From assembly GCA_025449905.1 (NCBI GenBank), contig JANWIN010000004.1, positions 24,656 to 88,655 of the forward strand: a stretch of 64,000 nucleotides of DNA, written 5' to 3'. The notes under the pieces were generated by a model. That model was not told the DNA's origin. It did not search any database and worked only from the letters and a program-made list of their open reading frames with translations. The translations under genes and the position numbers were made by a program. Below, piece after piece: positions 27,615-38,584 of this stretch; position 1 is the stretch's first letter, and every line of letters begins with the position of its first letter. Source of the DNA: Candidatus Saccharimonadales bacterium (GTDB lineage Bacteria > Patescibacteriota > Saccharimonadia > Saccharimonadales > JANWIN01).

Positions 27615-27876
27615 ATTCTTGGTTTTGGATTCGAACCTGATCTCTATATTTTCTAAAGCCACTTTTGACAATCAAACTACCACCTACAATAGCTGCGGCT
27701 CCCAAAAGCCTTTCAGCTATACTTTTGCTGTTACCAAATAATAGGCGGCGTCCCACCTCGGCACTTAACAGACCTACTGGAACACTGATGGTTGGTAGGC
27801 TTTCGGCAACTTCCTCCGTGAAATCACAAGCTGCGCCAAGCCACTCTATCCCTGTTGCAAACACCTGCTCGCTCAT
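27520..27876 (-). CDS. hypothetical protein (doubtful; overlaps the ZIP gene's 3' end by about 95 nt)
   Basis: ORF track only. Confidence 0.3.
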   Translation of the reverse strand: MSEQVFATGIEWLGAACDFTEEVAESLPTISVPVGLLSAEVGRRLLFGNSKSIAERLLGAAAIVGGSLIVKSGFRKYRDQVRIQNQEFIRQIDEPAEWQHSPLSHLQEALPVADQIDA

Positions 27877-27938
27877 AGACTAAATTTACCACTTTTTTGC
27901 CAGAATGCAAATTACAGTCAACTGTTATAATTTAGACC

Positions 27939-28145
27939 ATGCTAAAGGCAAAAAACAAAAAATTAGACATTGCTGTTTTACTAGCCCTGGCTGTTATAAT
28001 TGCGGGTTTTATTATTTTTTCGCTAAGCTCTTCAAATCAAGAACGGGCCAATAGTATTAAAGAAGCCTGCAAAAGGGCCGAAAAAAATCGTTCCACTGAA
28101 CTGTCTCGCGACGACTACATTTGTCTGACGGGTAGAACAGAGTAA
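27939..28145 (+). CDS. hypothetical small membrane protein
   Basis: 68-aa ORF with one TM helix. Confidence 0.3.
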   Translation: MLKAKNKKLDIAVLLALAVIIAGFIIFSLSSSNQERANSIKEACKRAEKNRSTELSRDDYICLTGRTE

Positions 28146-28168
28146 CAAATGTGTCGTAAAATATCAAC

Positions 28169-29230
28169 ATGCTAATTGCATTAATTGTTTTGGGATTTTT
28201 GTGCTTGGCTCTGGCCGGCCTGGCATTGTATTTCTTGCTCAAAAAACCAGCCACCGATAATAGCACCCTGATGCTCAAACAAGATTTAACGCAGCTCAGC
28301 GAAAATGTTAGCAAACTACAAACCGGCCTGCAGAAGCAATTCACCGAACAACTGGGACAGAGCAACAAGCAGATGACCGCCCAATTTCAGGCCAGTGCCA
28401 AAATCATCACTGACGTTACTAAAAAACTTACCGAGCTGGACAGAACCAATAAAAATGTCGGCGATATTGCTTCGGAGCTTAAAACTCTGCAAAACGTTCT
28501 GCAAAACCCCAAGCAACGCGGCGTGATTGGCGAATATTACCTGGAGCAGATTTTAAAAAACATGTTGCCACCTGGTGCTTATCAGCTGCAATATAACTTG
28601 GGCGATGGGCAAGTGGTTGACGCTGTGATTAAACTGGACGACAAACTTCTGCCGATCGACAGCAAATTCAGTCTGGAAAACTACAACCGCTTAGTTGATG
28701 CTAAAACAGAGGAAAAACCGGCCTTGGAGCGAGCCTTTAAAGAAGATTTAAAAAAACGTATAGATGAAACAGCTAAATACATTAAACCGGGCAAGGGCAC
28801 TCTAAACCAGGCTCTGATGTTTGTGCCTTCGGAAGCCATTTACTATGATCTGCTGGCCAATAAGGTTGGGCTTGGTAAGGTCTCTGGTCGCAGTTTGATG
28901 CAATACGCCGCCGGCGATAAGAAAGTTACGATTGTTGGTCCCAGTACACTGTCGGCCATGATGCAAATTATTATTCAGGGCCTGCGTTCTATGGAAATTC
29001 ATAAGGACACCGAGCAAATACGCAAAAACATCGAAGCCCTAAGCAAGCACTTGGTTGCCCATAACGGCTATATGCAAAAGCTTGGCAACAGTTTAGGCAC
29101 TACTGTTGGGCATTACAACACCACCTACAAAGAGCTAGGCAAAATAGACCGCGATATTGTCAAGATTGCTGAAACTAAGCCATCTGTTGAGCCAATCCTC
29201 CTTGATAAGCCCACAAACGATAATGATTGA
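28169..29230 (+). CDS. rmuC: DNA recombination protein RmuC
   Basis: N-terminal TM helix, long coiled coil, and the conserved RmuC C-terminal block MFVPSEAIYYDLL. Confidence 0.8.
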   Translation: MLIALIVLGFLCLALAGLALYFLLKKPATDNSTLMLKQDLTQLSENVSKLQTGLQKQFTEQLGQSNKQMTAQFQASAKIITDVTKKLTELDRTNKNVGDIASELKTLQNVLQNPKQRGVIGEYYLEQILKNMLPPGAYQLQYNLGDGQVVDAVIKLDDKLLPIDSKFSLENYNRLVDAKTEEKPALERAFKEDLKKRIDETAKYIKPGKGTLNQALMFVPSEAIYYDLLANKVGLGKVSGRSLMQYAAGDKKVTIVGPSTLSAMMQIIIQGLRSMEIHKDTEQIRKNIEALSKHLVAHNGYMQKLGNSLGTTVGHYNTTYKELGKIDRDIVKIAETKPSVEPILLDKPTNDND

Positions 29231-29262
29231 CAGTAATTTATAAGTGTGATATAGTATTATAA

Positions 29263-29691
29263 ATGACAGCAAGTTTAGAGTTCAGCGAACTAATAGTAAA
29301 TATGCGCATAAACGCAGGTTGGTCAGAAAAGCGTGCTCGAGAAATTCTCAGCCTTGAAAAATCTCAAGAGATATATCCAGACCGTGAAGCTAGCTATTTA
29401 GAATACAGAGGGCTGGCTATTGGTGAGTTAGCAGTACGCCAGAGCTTAGATAATGAAGAAGCTGATGGCTCCTATGTCGCATTTTCCTGGCAAGAACCTG
29501 CCACTGTTCTACTAGCTGCTAATAGATTTTATACTACAAATGGCTATTCTGACGATACTTCAACGGCGCGCTCCCATGAAGCTGTAGACTCTCTAGTTGA
29601 TCAAATTGTTACTTGGAAAACTTCTTTAGGAAGAGTCGCAGTTGATTTACAACCTAGTGCAGGTCCAATTTCTGCAAGTCACCAGCTTTGA
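29263..29691 (+). CDS. hypothetical protein
   Basis: ORF track; no motif recognised. Confidence 0.45.
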   Translation: MTASLEFSELIVNMRINAGWSEKRAREILSLEKSQEIYPDREASYLEYRGLAIGELAVRQSLDNEEADGSYVAFSWQEPATVLLAANRFYTTNGYSDDTSTARSHEAVDSLVDQIVTWKTSLGRVAVDLQPSAGPISASHQL

Positions 29692-29704
29692 GACAACTTA
29701 ACCT

Positions 29705-31021
29705 TTAACTGAGTAAATCAATCATAAGTGCGGCGCTCCAGGATAGAGTACGGCTGCCGGCTGGCGAGCCGTCAATCGGTGAAAAGTATTCCCGGAAGCC
29801 ACTCTTTTTTATCATTTGAATCATTTGCATCTTTATATGCTCAGCCTCTTTTTCAAAACCATATCTTTTTAAACCTTCAATAATTAACCAGTTGGTATTT
29901 ATCCAAACCGGACCTTGCCAATAGCGATGCGGGTCAAACCAGCTAGAGTTTAGCGGCACGCTCGGTACTGGAAATTTTGGCCCGAAAACTTTGCTTTGGT
30001 GCAGCATTTCAATTAATTCAGCCGCCCGTTCTTTGCTAATACAACCGGCATAAAGTGGCATCAGTGCGCCTATACTCGGCTCAATTATAAGATTATGGGT
30101 AACAAAGTTACGTGAGTAATACTGCTTGGTCTGTTCGTCCCAAAGTGATTCCAGGGCTGCTTCACTTTTGCGCATACTTTCCAGCAGCTTTTCGGGGAGT
30201 TTAGCATCTATGGCTTTGGCAATTTGTTTCAGTTGGTGGTTAGCGCGAATTAAGATGCAGTTAAAGTTAATGTCTTCAATGGCAAAAATTGAATGATCGA
30301 GTATTTTATCTATATCGTAAGCTTTTCGCTTTAATCTTCTTTGAACAGAGAATAGCACTAAGGTTTCAAAGTTGGTCAGTCTTTCGCTAGAGCGTACAAA
30401 ACGCGTATCTCTTCTAACTAAATGAACAGCTGGTTCAAGAAGCTTGCTTGATAAAATCCTTATCCATAAAGGAAATTTATGATCTTTTAAGGCTCTCATC
30501 CAGGGTGGTGTGTTATCTAGGCCGGTTTCCCAAGGATGAACCTGCAGGGTCAAACCTTCATCATGCGGATCGCGCTCAGCGTACAGCCACTCGTGGTAAC
30601 GAACAATGTGCGGGTAGGTAGACTTAAACCAACTATGTTTTTCGACTAGACTAAGCTTCTCGCCAATTTTGACGACGGCCTCGGCTACCATTGGCGGCTG
30701 GGTTAATCCGCTGGTTGCTACGTTATTAGGTGAATTAGGATTTAAGTCGGCTCGAAATAATTCTCTGTCGCGATAATGCTCGCGGCCTGGCAAAAATATA
30801 ATGTGTGGCAGCATACCGTTTAGCCATTGGCCGCGTAGCAAGCTTTTTATCTCTTTCTGTGCTCGCTCAACATCGTAGTGGCGAATTCCAATAGAGATAA
30901 AACAACTGTCCCATAACCACTGATGAGGATACAAGCCGGCCGCCGGAATGGTGTAGTCACCCTTGTCGCTGGCGCGCAAAACTTCACGCGCGCCAGCAAT
31001 GATATCGGCCGGCTCTTCCAT
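29705..31021 (-). CDS. six-hairpin glycoside hydrolase, GH63-like (glucosyl/mannosylglycerate hydrolase-like)
   Basis: N-terminal YPHQWLWDSCF and WLNGMLPHIIF motifs resemble GH63/MGH family enzymes. Confidence 0.55.
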   Translation of the reverse strand: MEEPADIIAGAREVLRASDKGDYTIPAAGLYPHQWLWDSCFISIGIRHYDVERAQKEIKSLLRGQWLNGMLPHIIFLPGREHYRDRELFRADLNPNSPNNVATSGLTQPPMVAEAVVKIGEKLSLVEKHSWFKSTYPHIVRYHEWLYAERDPHDEGLTLQVHPWETGLDNTPPWMRALKDHKFPLWIRILSSKLLEPAVHLVRRDTRFVRSSERLTNFETLVLFSVQRRLKRKAYDIDKILDHSIFAIEDINFNCILIRANHQLKQIAKAIDAKLPEKLLESMRKSEAALESLWDEQTKQYYSRNFVTHNLIIEPSIGALMPLYAGCISKERAAELIEMLHQSKVFGPKFPVPSVPLNSSWFDPHRYWQGPVWINTNWLIIEGLKRYGFEKEAEHIKMQMIQMIKKSGFREYFSPIDGSPAGSRTLSWSAALMIDLLS

Positions 31022-31094
31022 TCTTCAAGTATAACTCCACCGCAGTAAAATTGCTCATGCTTGCGTGGCATGAACTGGTTGTTATGCTAGATAT

Positions 31095-32246
31095 ATGTCC
31101 AATCTGCCAGAAACTGTTGAACTGCCAGGACTCGTTGACCTCCATGTACATCTTCGGGAGCCAGGCGACAATAAAGCTGAAACAATAGAATCGGGAACCA
31201 AAGCAGCAATGCTGGGCGGCTATGTTTTAATCTGCGATATGCCTAATAACCCGGGGGAACCAACTTGGACAGAAGAAGCAATAAAGACAAAACACAAAAT
31301 TGCGAGACAATCTGCCTGGATTCCCACAGCTTTTTATGCTGGCTGGCAGCCAGGTAATGAAACGGGCATACATGAACTTCCTAAGATGGCTACACACGCA
31401 ATAGGCCTGAAACTTTATGGCGCACCGACTACAGGAAACGATAAAGACTACGAAGCGCAGGAATTTAGAGCTGGAGTTGAAGCTTGGCATGAAGCAGCAC
31501 CCGATAAACCAATTATGTTTCATGCAGGTACGGAAAACTTAGAAGATATGATTGGCTATGTGGCTGGCGATTTTGGTCATCATTTACACGTCTGCCATGT
31601 CAACAGTCGCGACCAGGTGTCATTGGTGATAGGAGCTAAGGCTGATGAATTACCCGTAACTGCCGGTGTTACTCCTCACCATTTATTAAAAACCTCGCAT
31701 GATGTTAGAAGTGAGGGATGGTTTGCTCGCATGCAACCTCCCTTGGCCGAACAGGCTGATGCTGAATACCTTATGCACAAGCTAGATATTGGAGACATTG
31801 ACGTAATAGAAACCGACCATGCACCGCACAGTCAAGATAGCAAATGGGATGCTGAGCATGAGAATCCATTCGGTGTTCATGACCCTGAGCATAAAACATG
31901 CTTTGGTGTACCGGGAATTGAGTTTGCGGCGGGGTTGATGCTTTATCAAGTGAAAAAAGGCCACTTGACTCTAGCTAGGCTCATTAGTGCGATGTCACAC
32001 AAGCCTGCTGAAATAATTGGTGTAAAAATTGGTAAGAACACAAAAGTAACACTGGACACTATTGAATATAGAATATATGAAGATCAACACGATGTAATCT
32101 CAGGTTCTGGCTGGACGCCCTTTTTAGGTAAGATCGGCTTGGGCGGTGTTGAAAGACTCACAATTTCAGGAGAAACTTTAGTTGATCATGAGCGCACTCC
32201 GGGAGTTGATACAAGAGTTATATCTCAAAGGGGAACAGTAATTTAA
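31095..32246 (+). CDS. pyrC: dihydroorotase (amidohydrolase superfamily)
   Basis: LPGLVDLHVHLREPG metal-binding motif; ICDMPNNPG; VIETDHAPH; directly upstream of pyrD. Confidence 0.8.
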   Translation: MSNLPETVELPGLVDLHVHLREPGDNKAETIESGTKAAMLGGYVLICDMPNNPGEPTWTEEAIKTKHKIARQSAWIPTAFYAGWQPGNETGIHELPKMATHAIGLKLYGAPTTGNDKDYEAQEFRAGVEAWHEAAPDKPIMFHAGTENLEDMIGYVAGDFGHHLHVCHVNSRDQVSLVIGAKADELPVTAGVTPHHLLKTSHDVRSEGWFARMQPPLAEQADAEYLMHKLDIGDIDVIETDHAPHSQDSKWDAEHENPFGVHDPEHKTCFGVPGIEFAAGLMLYQVKKGHLTLARLISAMSHKPAEIIGVKIGKNTKVTLDTIEYRIYEDQHDVISGSGWTPFLGKIGLGGVERLTISGETLVDHERTPGVDTRVISQRGTVI

Positions 32247-33208
32247 TGGCTTTTGAAAATCATCCGTTACACCCCGGTGAAGGTGTACCAATATTTATAG
32301 CTGCCGGACCACTAAAAGATGGCCCGCAACTTGAACCGTTTCTGGCTATTGAAGATCCATTAGTGGTACCGGTACTTGTGAGTGGTGGTTGGACCTTAGG
32401 TGAATGGGCTGGAAATGCCACCAGTGAAAATCCACAAGATTTTGTTTATTATTCTGACAAACAAATGGCTGGCAACGCCCGTGGGTTACCCAATAGTGGC
32501 CTAGAAGGCATGCGCCAGCTAAAAGAACCTATCAGGCGTTTAAGTGATAAAGGCATAAAAGTAATTATCCAAGTCACCAACCTTCCTCACGAAAAGCCGA
32601 TCGATGTAATACCTAACCTTGTAGAAGAAGCTGCCCTGCTTAAACCTACTGGAGTTGAAGTTAACCTTAGCTGCCCCAATGGTCTCGACGATGACGGCAA
32701 CCTACATCCGCCAACTTGTGACGATGTTGATGTTAGCGGGGAGGTTATGTCTGAAAGTTGGTACAGGGTTGGCGATGAAGTTGTTTTGGGAGCTAAAGAC
32801 TCGCCACATGCTGCTTCGTTGGAGAGTGGAGTAAATAGAGTTGCTGTCATAAGACTTATCACAGCTATTAAACCCTACATAAATTTTATTACTGGCATAA
32901 ACACTATTGGCGGCCAACTGTTTCCTGAATTAAAGTGCGCCAAGGGCAAGGGTGGTATGAGCGGACCGGTTGTGGCGCCTATAGCTCATGAATGGCTAAT
33001 AGCTGCAAACGATGCGCTAGAAGGAGATAGTAAAGTTGCCATCCTCTCATGTGGTGGTGTTGATTCGCAAAATGCTTCAATAGAAATTCCTACTCGTCAA
33101 CAAGAAGGAGCGCTGCTTATAGGTGGCGCGCAACACTTCTTTAGAGCCCAGAAACCTGAGCAGCTAGCTCTACGATGGGCTCAAGCTTATGCGGACAGCG
33201 CAGAATAA
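32246..33208 (+). CDS. pyrD: dihydroorotate dehydrogenase (class 1-like)
   Basis: NARGLPNSGLEG, VEVNLSCPNG, ILSCGGVDSQNAS motifs; start codon overlaps the pyrC stop. Confidence 0.75.
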   Translation: MAFENHPLHPGEGVPIFIAAGPLKDGPQLEPFLAIEDPLVVPVLVSGGWTLGEWAGNATSENPQDFVYYSDKQMAGNARGLPNSGLEGMRQLKEPIRRLSDKGIKVIIQVTNLPHEKPIDVIPNLVEEAALLKPTGVEVNLSCPNGLDDDGNLHPPTCDDVDVSGEVMSESWYRVGDEVVLGAKDSPHAASLESGVNRVAVIRLITAIKPYINFITGINTIGGQLFPELKCAKGKGGMSGPVVAPIAHEWLIAANDALEGDSKVAILSCGGVDSQNASIEIPTRQQEGALLIGGAQHFFRAQKPEQLALRWAQAYADSAE

Positions 33209-33230
33209 CCTCTGATATAATCTAGGGAAT

Positions 33231-34280
33231 ATGGGGTATGAAATTAAGAAGGTTGCTGATGTTGCTGATGTGCTTAAAAAGCGCCTAAAAACGATGGAGC
33301 ATAAACCTAGTATTTTGCGCGCTATTGAACTTAAAGCCCTGGCCGATGAAATTCCACTACTAAAGCCTGAAAAACGGGCCGCGTTTGGCAAAGAACTCAA
33401 CAAACTAAAAGCTGAACTACAGAAGATGGTTGAAGTGGCCGAGGAAGAAACTACCAAACTCGAACCGATTGATGTTACCGCGCCATTTGATGTCAATACT
33501 CGCAAAAGGCCTAGACCGCTAAGCAGCGAACTAGGCAGCCAAAACCCGATCATGGCTGATCAGGACGAGCTGATAAATATTTTTGCCCGCATGGGCTTTA
33601 CGGCCATTGAATCTCGACAAATTGATGATGATTATCACATGTTTGGCAGCCTGAACTTTCCCGAGGGCCACCCAGCGCGTGATGATTACGATAGTTTTGT
33701 AACGGCCGAAAAAGACAAAAATGGCAAGCCTTTCATTGCCCCAGCTCACACCAGCACCATGCAGAATCGTGTGCTCAAACAATTCAAACCTAATCTAGAA
33801 AAAGGGCAGGCCATTGCCGTGGTCATCCCAGGCCGTGTTTTCCGCAATGAAGACTTAGACCCAAGGCACGAGCATACCTTTCAGCAAATTGAAGGCGTTT
33901 ATGTAGATAAGGGTATTCATGCTGGCCATTTGATCGCCACGCTTAAAACTTTTTTGCAGGAGTACTATGGCCAGGAACTGGATGTCAAAACCCAGCCGTT
34001 TTATTTCCCATTTACTGAACCGAGCTTTGAATTCGCTATGAGCTGTCCATTTTGCCGAAAGAAAGGATGTAATGTTTGTAGTTACTCCGGTTGGATTGAA
34101 ATTTTGGGCTGCGGCATGATTCACCCTAATGTTTTGAAGGAAGCTGGCATTGACCCAAATGTTTTCACTGGCTTTGCATGGGGCGTCGGCACCATGCGCT
34201 TAACCATGATGAAATACGGCATTGAAGATATTCGCCACTTCAATAGCGGAAAACTAGAATTTTTGAGGCAGTTCAAATGA
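33231..34280 (+). CDS. pheS: phenylalanine--tRNA ligase alpha subunit
   Basis: FPEGHPARDDYDSF ... class II aaRS motifs 2/3 RVFRNEDLDPRHEHTFQQIEG, GCGMIHPNVL. Confidence 0.9.
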   Translation: MGYEIKKVADVADVLKKRLKTMEHKPSILRAIELKALADEIPLLKPEKRAAFGKELNKLKAELQKMVEVAEEETTKLEPIDVTAPFDVNTRKRPRPLSSELGSQNPIMADQDELINIFARMGFTAIESRQIDDDYHMFGSLNFPEGHPARDDYDSFVTAEKDKNGKPFIAPAHTSTMQNRVLKQFKPNLEKGQAIAVVIPGRVFRNEDLDPRHEHTFQQIEGVYVDKGIHAGHLIATLKTFLQEYYGQELDVKTQPFYFPFTEPSFEFAMSCPFCRKKGCNVCSYSGWIEILGCGMIHPNVLKEAGIDPNVFTGFAWGVGTMRLTMMKYGIEDIRHFNSGKLEFLRQFK

Positions 34281-36838
34281 AAGTTAGTTTGAACGCTATT
34301 CGGTTCATGAATCAGCGATACGGCACAGCTGGCGAAGTTGTGCCGGCTGGTGGAGTCAATCAACTTGTTGAGAAAATTGGTGCTCAGCTAGGTGCAGTCG
34401 AAGAAGTCATTGATGTTGGTAAAAAATATAAGGGTATTGTTATTGCCAAAGTTGTTTCCTGCGAATCTCATCCTGACGCCGACAAGCTTAGTCTTTGCCG
34501 AATTGATGATGGCCGAAAAGTAAAAGGTGTTAAACGTGGTCCGCGTGGTCTAATCCAAGTAGTCTGTGGCGCCCCAAACGTAAAAGAAGGCATGCTAGCT
34601 GTCTGGTTACCACCCGGCACAATCGTACCAGCCACAGCCGACAAAGATCCGTTAAAACTTGAAGCTCGCGAAATCCGTGGGCAAGTTAGCAATGGCATGC
34701 TTGCTAGCTCGCATGAGCTAGGGCTTAGTGAAGACCATAGCGGCATCCTTGACGTTGATCAAAGTGTAAGGCCCATAAAACCAGGCACTAGCTTCGCAGA
34801 AGTTTATGAACTTGAAAATGACGTTGTCATTGATATTGAGAACAAGATGTTTACACACCGCCCAGACCTTTTCGGCTTTTTAGGAATATCGCGAGAACTA
34901 GCTGGCATTCAGCAAAAACCTTTCATAAGCCCTGAATGGTATAAAGAAAATCCAATTTTTCCCGCAATAGAAGGGCAACGATTGGAGCTGAAAGTACAAA
35001 ATGAACTGCCGAAACTTGCGCCTAGGTTCAACGCCGTTGCTATGAGTGATGTAAAGGTTGGCCCCAGCCCAATTTGGCTACAAGTTGAATTATCACGAGT
35101 TGGCATCCGACCCATCAATAACATTGTTGATTACACAAACTTTTTTATGATGGAAACTGCTCAACCGCTTCATGCCTATGACTACGACAAAGTTACGGCC
35201 AAAGATGCCGGTGCCAAGCACGCCACAATCACCATTCGCCATCCTAAAAAAGGTGAAACCATCACATTACTGGGCGGAAAAGAAGTCAAACCTCATCCTG
35301 AAGCTATAATGATCGCTTCTAAAACTAAGGCCATAGGCATTGGTGGGGTAATGGGTGGGGCAGACACAGAAGTAGACGCAACAACGACCAATATTATTTT
35401 AGAAGCCGCTAACTTTGATATGTACTCTATACGTAAAACTGCCATGGAGCACGGCTTGTTTACTGACGCGGTTACTCGTTTCACAAAAGGACAAAGCCCC
35501 TTACAGACAGTGACTGTATTGGCAAAAATTGTAGATGAAATTCGAAAATTCGCTGGAGGTAAAGTTGCCAGTAATTTGAGAGATAGTAAGCATCGTTTGC
35601 AAAATCCAGAGCCGGTCAAAGTCACAGCGAAATTTATTAATGAGCGGCTGGGGTTGAACCTAACGCCTGCCAAGATGGCAAGACTACTAGAAAATGTTGA
35701 ATTTAAAGTTATGAGGCTAGCCGGCGGCAGTCTGGGTGTGATGCCACCATTTTGGCGGACTGATATTCATATACCAGAAGATGTAGTTGAAGAAATTGGC
35801 CGGTTGTATGGCTATGACCATTTGCCGTTGGATCTGCCAAAACGGGATCTAACATCAGTTGAACCAGAGCCAATGCTGGAATTTAAAGCAGGCCTGCGCG
35901 AGGTTTTGTCAGCTGCTGGAGCTAACGAAGTTCTAACTTACAGTTTTGTCCCCGGCCAGCTAATGAAAAAGGCCGGCCAGAACCCTGCCAACGCTTTTAA
36001 GATTGCCAATGCTCTGTCGCCGGAGCTGGAATATTACCGAATGAGCCTAGTGCCCAGCTTGCTTGATAAAATTCACCTAAACATTAAATCTGGCTTTAAT
36101 GAATTTGCTTTATTTGAGATTAATCAGACTCACGCTAAAGATTTGATTGAGAAGGATGGCTTGCCAATTGAAGAATACCGACTGGGGCTGGTTTTTGCAG
36201 CCGAGGCTAAGCGGGCTAAGTACAAGTACCAAGGCGCAGCGTATTATCAAGTTAAAAAATACCTGGAGCTTCTGCTAAGCCACTTAAATATTGAAGCTGT
36301 TTATGAGCCTATGACCTTGCGTGAGCCCAAAATGGAGGTCGGCAAAGCCGCCGCCGCACCTTTTGAAAGGCAACGCTCGGCCTACGTCATGACCAAAGAC
36401 AACAAACTAATTGGCGAAATAGGCGAATTCAAGCCTAGTGTGACTAGTAAGTTCAAACTGCCGGCCTTTACGGCTGGTTTTGAAATTGATGTCGCCCAGC
36501 TATTGAAACAGCAGTCACCACAGTCCAGCTACCAGCCAATACCTAAATTTCCTAAAGTTGAGCAGGACATTTCACTAAAAGTGCCAGGCAGGGTTGACTA
36601 CGCCCAGCTTCATAGTGTGATCACCAAAAACGTCGATAAATTTAAACCCAGCAACCCACAATTCAGCCTTAATGGTGTGGATATTTATCAAGACGAAGAG
36701 GATAAAACCCATAAGCACATTACTTTCCATCTGGAAATTGCCTCATTTGATAGAACTTTGACAGCCGAAGAAGTAAACAAATTATTAGACAAAGCTGCCG
36801 CAGAAGCCAACAAAAAACTAGGCGCCGAGAGGCTATAG
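34277..36838 (+). CDS. pheT: phenylalanine--tRNA ligase beta subunit
   Basis: 853 aa; tRNA-binding, B3/B4, B5 and FDX-ACB-like regions; translationally coupled to pheS. Confidence 0.9.
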   Translation: MKVSLNAIRFMNQRYGTAGEVVPAGGVNQLVEKIGAQLGAVEEVIDVGKKYKGIVIAKVVSCESHPDADKLSLCRIDDGRKVKGVKRGPRGLIQVVCGAPNVKEGMLAVWLPPGTIVPATADKDPLKLEAREIRGQVSNGMLASSHELGLSEDHSGILDVDQSVRPIKPGTSFAEVYELENDVVIDIENKMFTHRPDLFGFLGISRELAGIQQKPFISPEWYKENPIFPAIEGQRLELKVQNELPKLAPRFNAVAMSDVKVGPSPIWLQVELSRVGIRPINNIVDYTNFFMMETAQPLHAYDYDKVTAKDAGAKHATITIRHPKKGETITLLGGKEVKPHPEAIMIASKTKAIGIGGVMGGADTEVDATTTNIILEAANFDMYSIRKTAMEHGLFTDAVTRFTKGQSPLQTVTVLAKIVDEIRKFAGGKVASNLRDSKHRLQNPEPVKVTAKFINERLGLNLTPAKMARLLENVEFKVMRLAGGSLGVMPPFWRTDIHIPEDVVEEIGRLYGYDHLPLDLPKRDLTSVEPEPMLEFKAGLREVLSAAGANEVLTYSFVPGQLMKKAGQNPANAFKIANALSPELEYYRMSLVPSLLDKIHLNIKSGFNEFALFEINQTHAKDLIEKDGLPIEEYRLGLVFAAEAKRAKYKYQGAAYYQVKKYLELLLSHLNIEAVYEPMTLREPKMEVGKAAAAPFERQRSAYVMTKDNKLIGEIGEFKPSVTSKFKLPAFTAGFEIDVAQLLKQQSPQSSYQPIPKFPKVEQDISLKVPGRVDYAQLHSVITKNVDKFKPSNPQFSLNGVDIYQDEEDKTHKHITFHLEIASFDRTLTAEEVNKLLDKAAAEANKKLGAERL

Positions 36839-38584
36839 ATGATAAAAAAAGTTCTTTTCAGCCTAAGCGCAGCCCTTAGCTTATTTTTTCTATCAGCCAG
36901 CCCGTTAGCGCATGCCGATGTTAATGATTTTGTTATTAATAATTTTGATGGCACCTACACACTCAGTACAGCTGATAAGCAAGGCGAACTACATATAGTC
37001 GAACAAATTGACTTAACTTTTAGCGATTATAATCATGGTATTTTGCGAGCTATACCAAAAAAGTATAAGGGCCAGTCTCTTAAGCTCCATGTTAATAGTA
37101 TTAGTTCTAACAGTGGTGCGCCAACCCAGTACACGTCCTACACCGACAGCGGAAACACAGTGCTTAAAATTGGTGACAAAAACCGTACCATAACTGGCAA
37201 ACAATCATATACTATCGATTATACGGTCGACAATGTTATAACTTTTTATCCTGACCATGATGAACTGTATTGGGATATTAATGGTGATCAGTGGAATCAA
37301 CTGTTTGAGAAAGTTAAAGCCCACTTTATTTTATTGTCTGAAAATCTTAGTTCCATAAAAGAAGCTTGCTTTACAGGCAGTTTTGGCTCAGTGCAAAAAA
37401 ACTGCCGCATTACAAATCCAGATATTACGAACACGGTTGTCACAACCAATCAACCGCTAAAGGAAAACGAAACCCTGACAACTGTTATTGCTTTTGATAA
37501 GGATATTTTTCAACCAGCTACTTTTTGGGACAAGTTAAATGACCAAAAAGGATTATTAATTGCGCTAATTGCCCCAACACTTATTTTTGGTGGCTATGCT
37601 TTTGGACGCTGGTACAAAAAGGGGCGCGACTTTAAGGGTAGGGGGGTAATTGTGCCCGAATACGGCCCGCCAGATAATCTGACACCGGCCGAAGTTGGTG
37701 TTATAGCTGATTATAAGTTAGACAACAAAGACTTTTCGGCTACGATTATTGACTTCGCGGTCAGAAAATACATCCTCATCCACGAGATAAAACAAAAGAA
37801 AATATTAAAAGACTCCAAAAAGTACGAGTTGGAATTGCTAAGCACAGACATATCAGGCCTTAAGCCTCATGAAGCAACTATACTGACAGGATTGTTTGAT
37901 AGCTTTACGCCCGGGTCTAAAGTTTTTATCGAGGATTTGAAAAATAAGTTCTACATTACTGTTGCCAAAGTTCGCAAAGACTTGCTGAAATCCTTAACCG
38001 AGGCTGGTTATTTTGACGGGAACCCGATTAAAGCCAGCGGTGGGCTGTATGCTTTAGCAATTGGCTTAGCATTGGTTGGCCTTACTTTTGCACCAGATTG
38101 GTGGCGAGTAGGCGTACCACTGGCAGCAATCCCAGTCTTTATCTTTGGCACACTTATGGACCGTCGCACACCAAAAGGCGTGGCTGCCAAAGAACATATT
38201 GAGGGGCTTAAACTTTATCTAAAAGTCGCTGAAAAAGACCGCATTAAAATGCTGCAAAGTCCTGATGCGCCTTACGCTGAAAAGTCTGCCGCTCCCAAAA
38301 TGACCGTCCACTTGTATGAAAAACTTTTGCCATATGCCATTTTACTGGGCGTGGAAAGGGAATGGTCTAAGAAGTTTGAGAATATCTATACCCAGCCGCC
38401 TGATTGGTATGACGGCGACTTCAGAACCTTCAATACTGTGCTATTTATAAGCAGCCTCAACAGCAGCGTCGGAACTATGAATACAAACTTCTCTGCGCCT
38501 TCAAGTTCGTCCAGTAGCGGCTTTAGTGGTGGCGGCGGCTTCTCAGGCGGTGGTGGAGGCGGCGGAGGCGGGGGTGGCTGGTAA
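36839..38584 (+). CDS. DUF2207 family membrane protein
   Basis: Signal peptide, large extracellular domain, TM segments and a C-terminal poly-Gly tail (GGGGFSGGGGGGGGGGGW) typical of DUF2207. Confidence 0.7.
   Translation: MIKKVLFSLSAALSLFFLSASPLAHADVNDFVINNFDGTYTLSTADKQGELHIVEQIDLTFSDYNHGILRAIPKKYKGQSLKLHVNSISSNSGAPTQYTSYTDSGNTVLKIGDKNRTITGKQSYTIDYTVDNVITFYPDHDELYWDINGDQWNQLFEKVKAHFILLSENLSSIKEACFTGSFGSVQKNCRITNPDITNTVVTTNQPLKENETLTTVIAFDKDIFQPATFWDKLNDQKGLLIALIAPTLIFGGYAFGRWYKKGRDFKGRGVIVPEYGPPDNLTPAEVGVIADYKLDNKDFSATIIDFAVRKYILIHEIKQKKILKDSKKYELELLSTDISGLKPHEATILTGLFDSFTPGSKVFIEDLKNKFYITVAKVRKDLLKSLTEAGYFDGNPIKASGGLYALAIGLALVGLTFAPDWWRVGVPLAAIPVFIFGTLMDRRTPKGVAAKEHIEGLKLYLKVAEKDRIKMLQSPDAPYAEKSAAPKMTVHLYEKLLPYAILLGVEREWSKKFENIYTQPPDWYDGDFRTFNTVLFISSLNSSVGTMNTNFSAPSSSSSSGFSGGGGFSGGGGGGGGGGGW

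Noticed and set aside
27615-27700. A GGTTCGAATCC T-loop-like motif on the minus strand, suggesting a tRNA
   Set aside because: Flanking sequence cannot form acceptor, D or anticodon stems. The motif lies inside a protein-coding frame (...DQVRIQNQEF...) of a doubtful ORF, so it looks coincidental.
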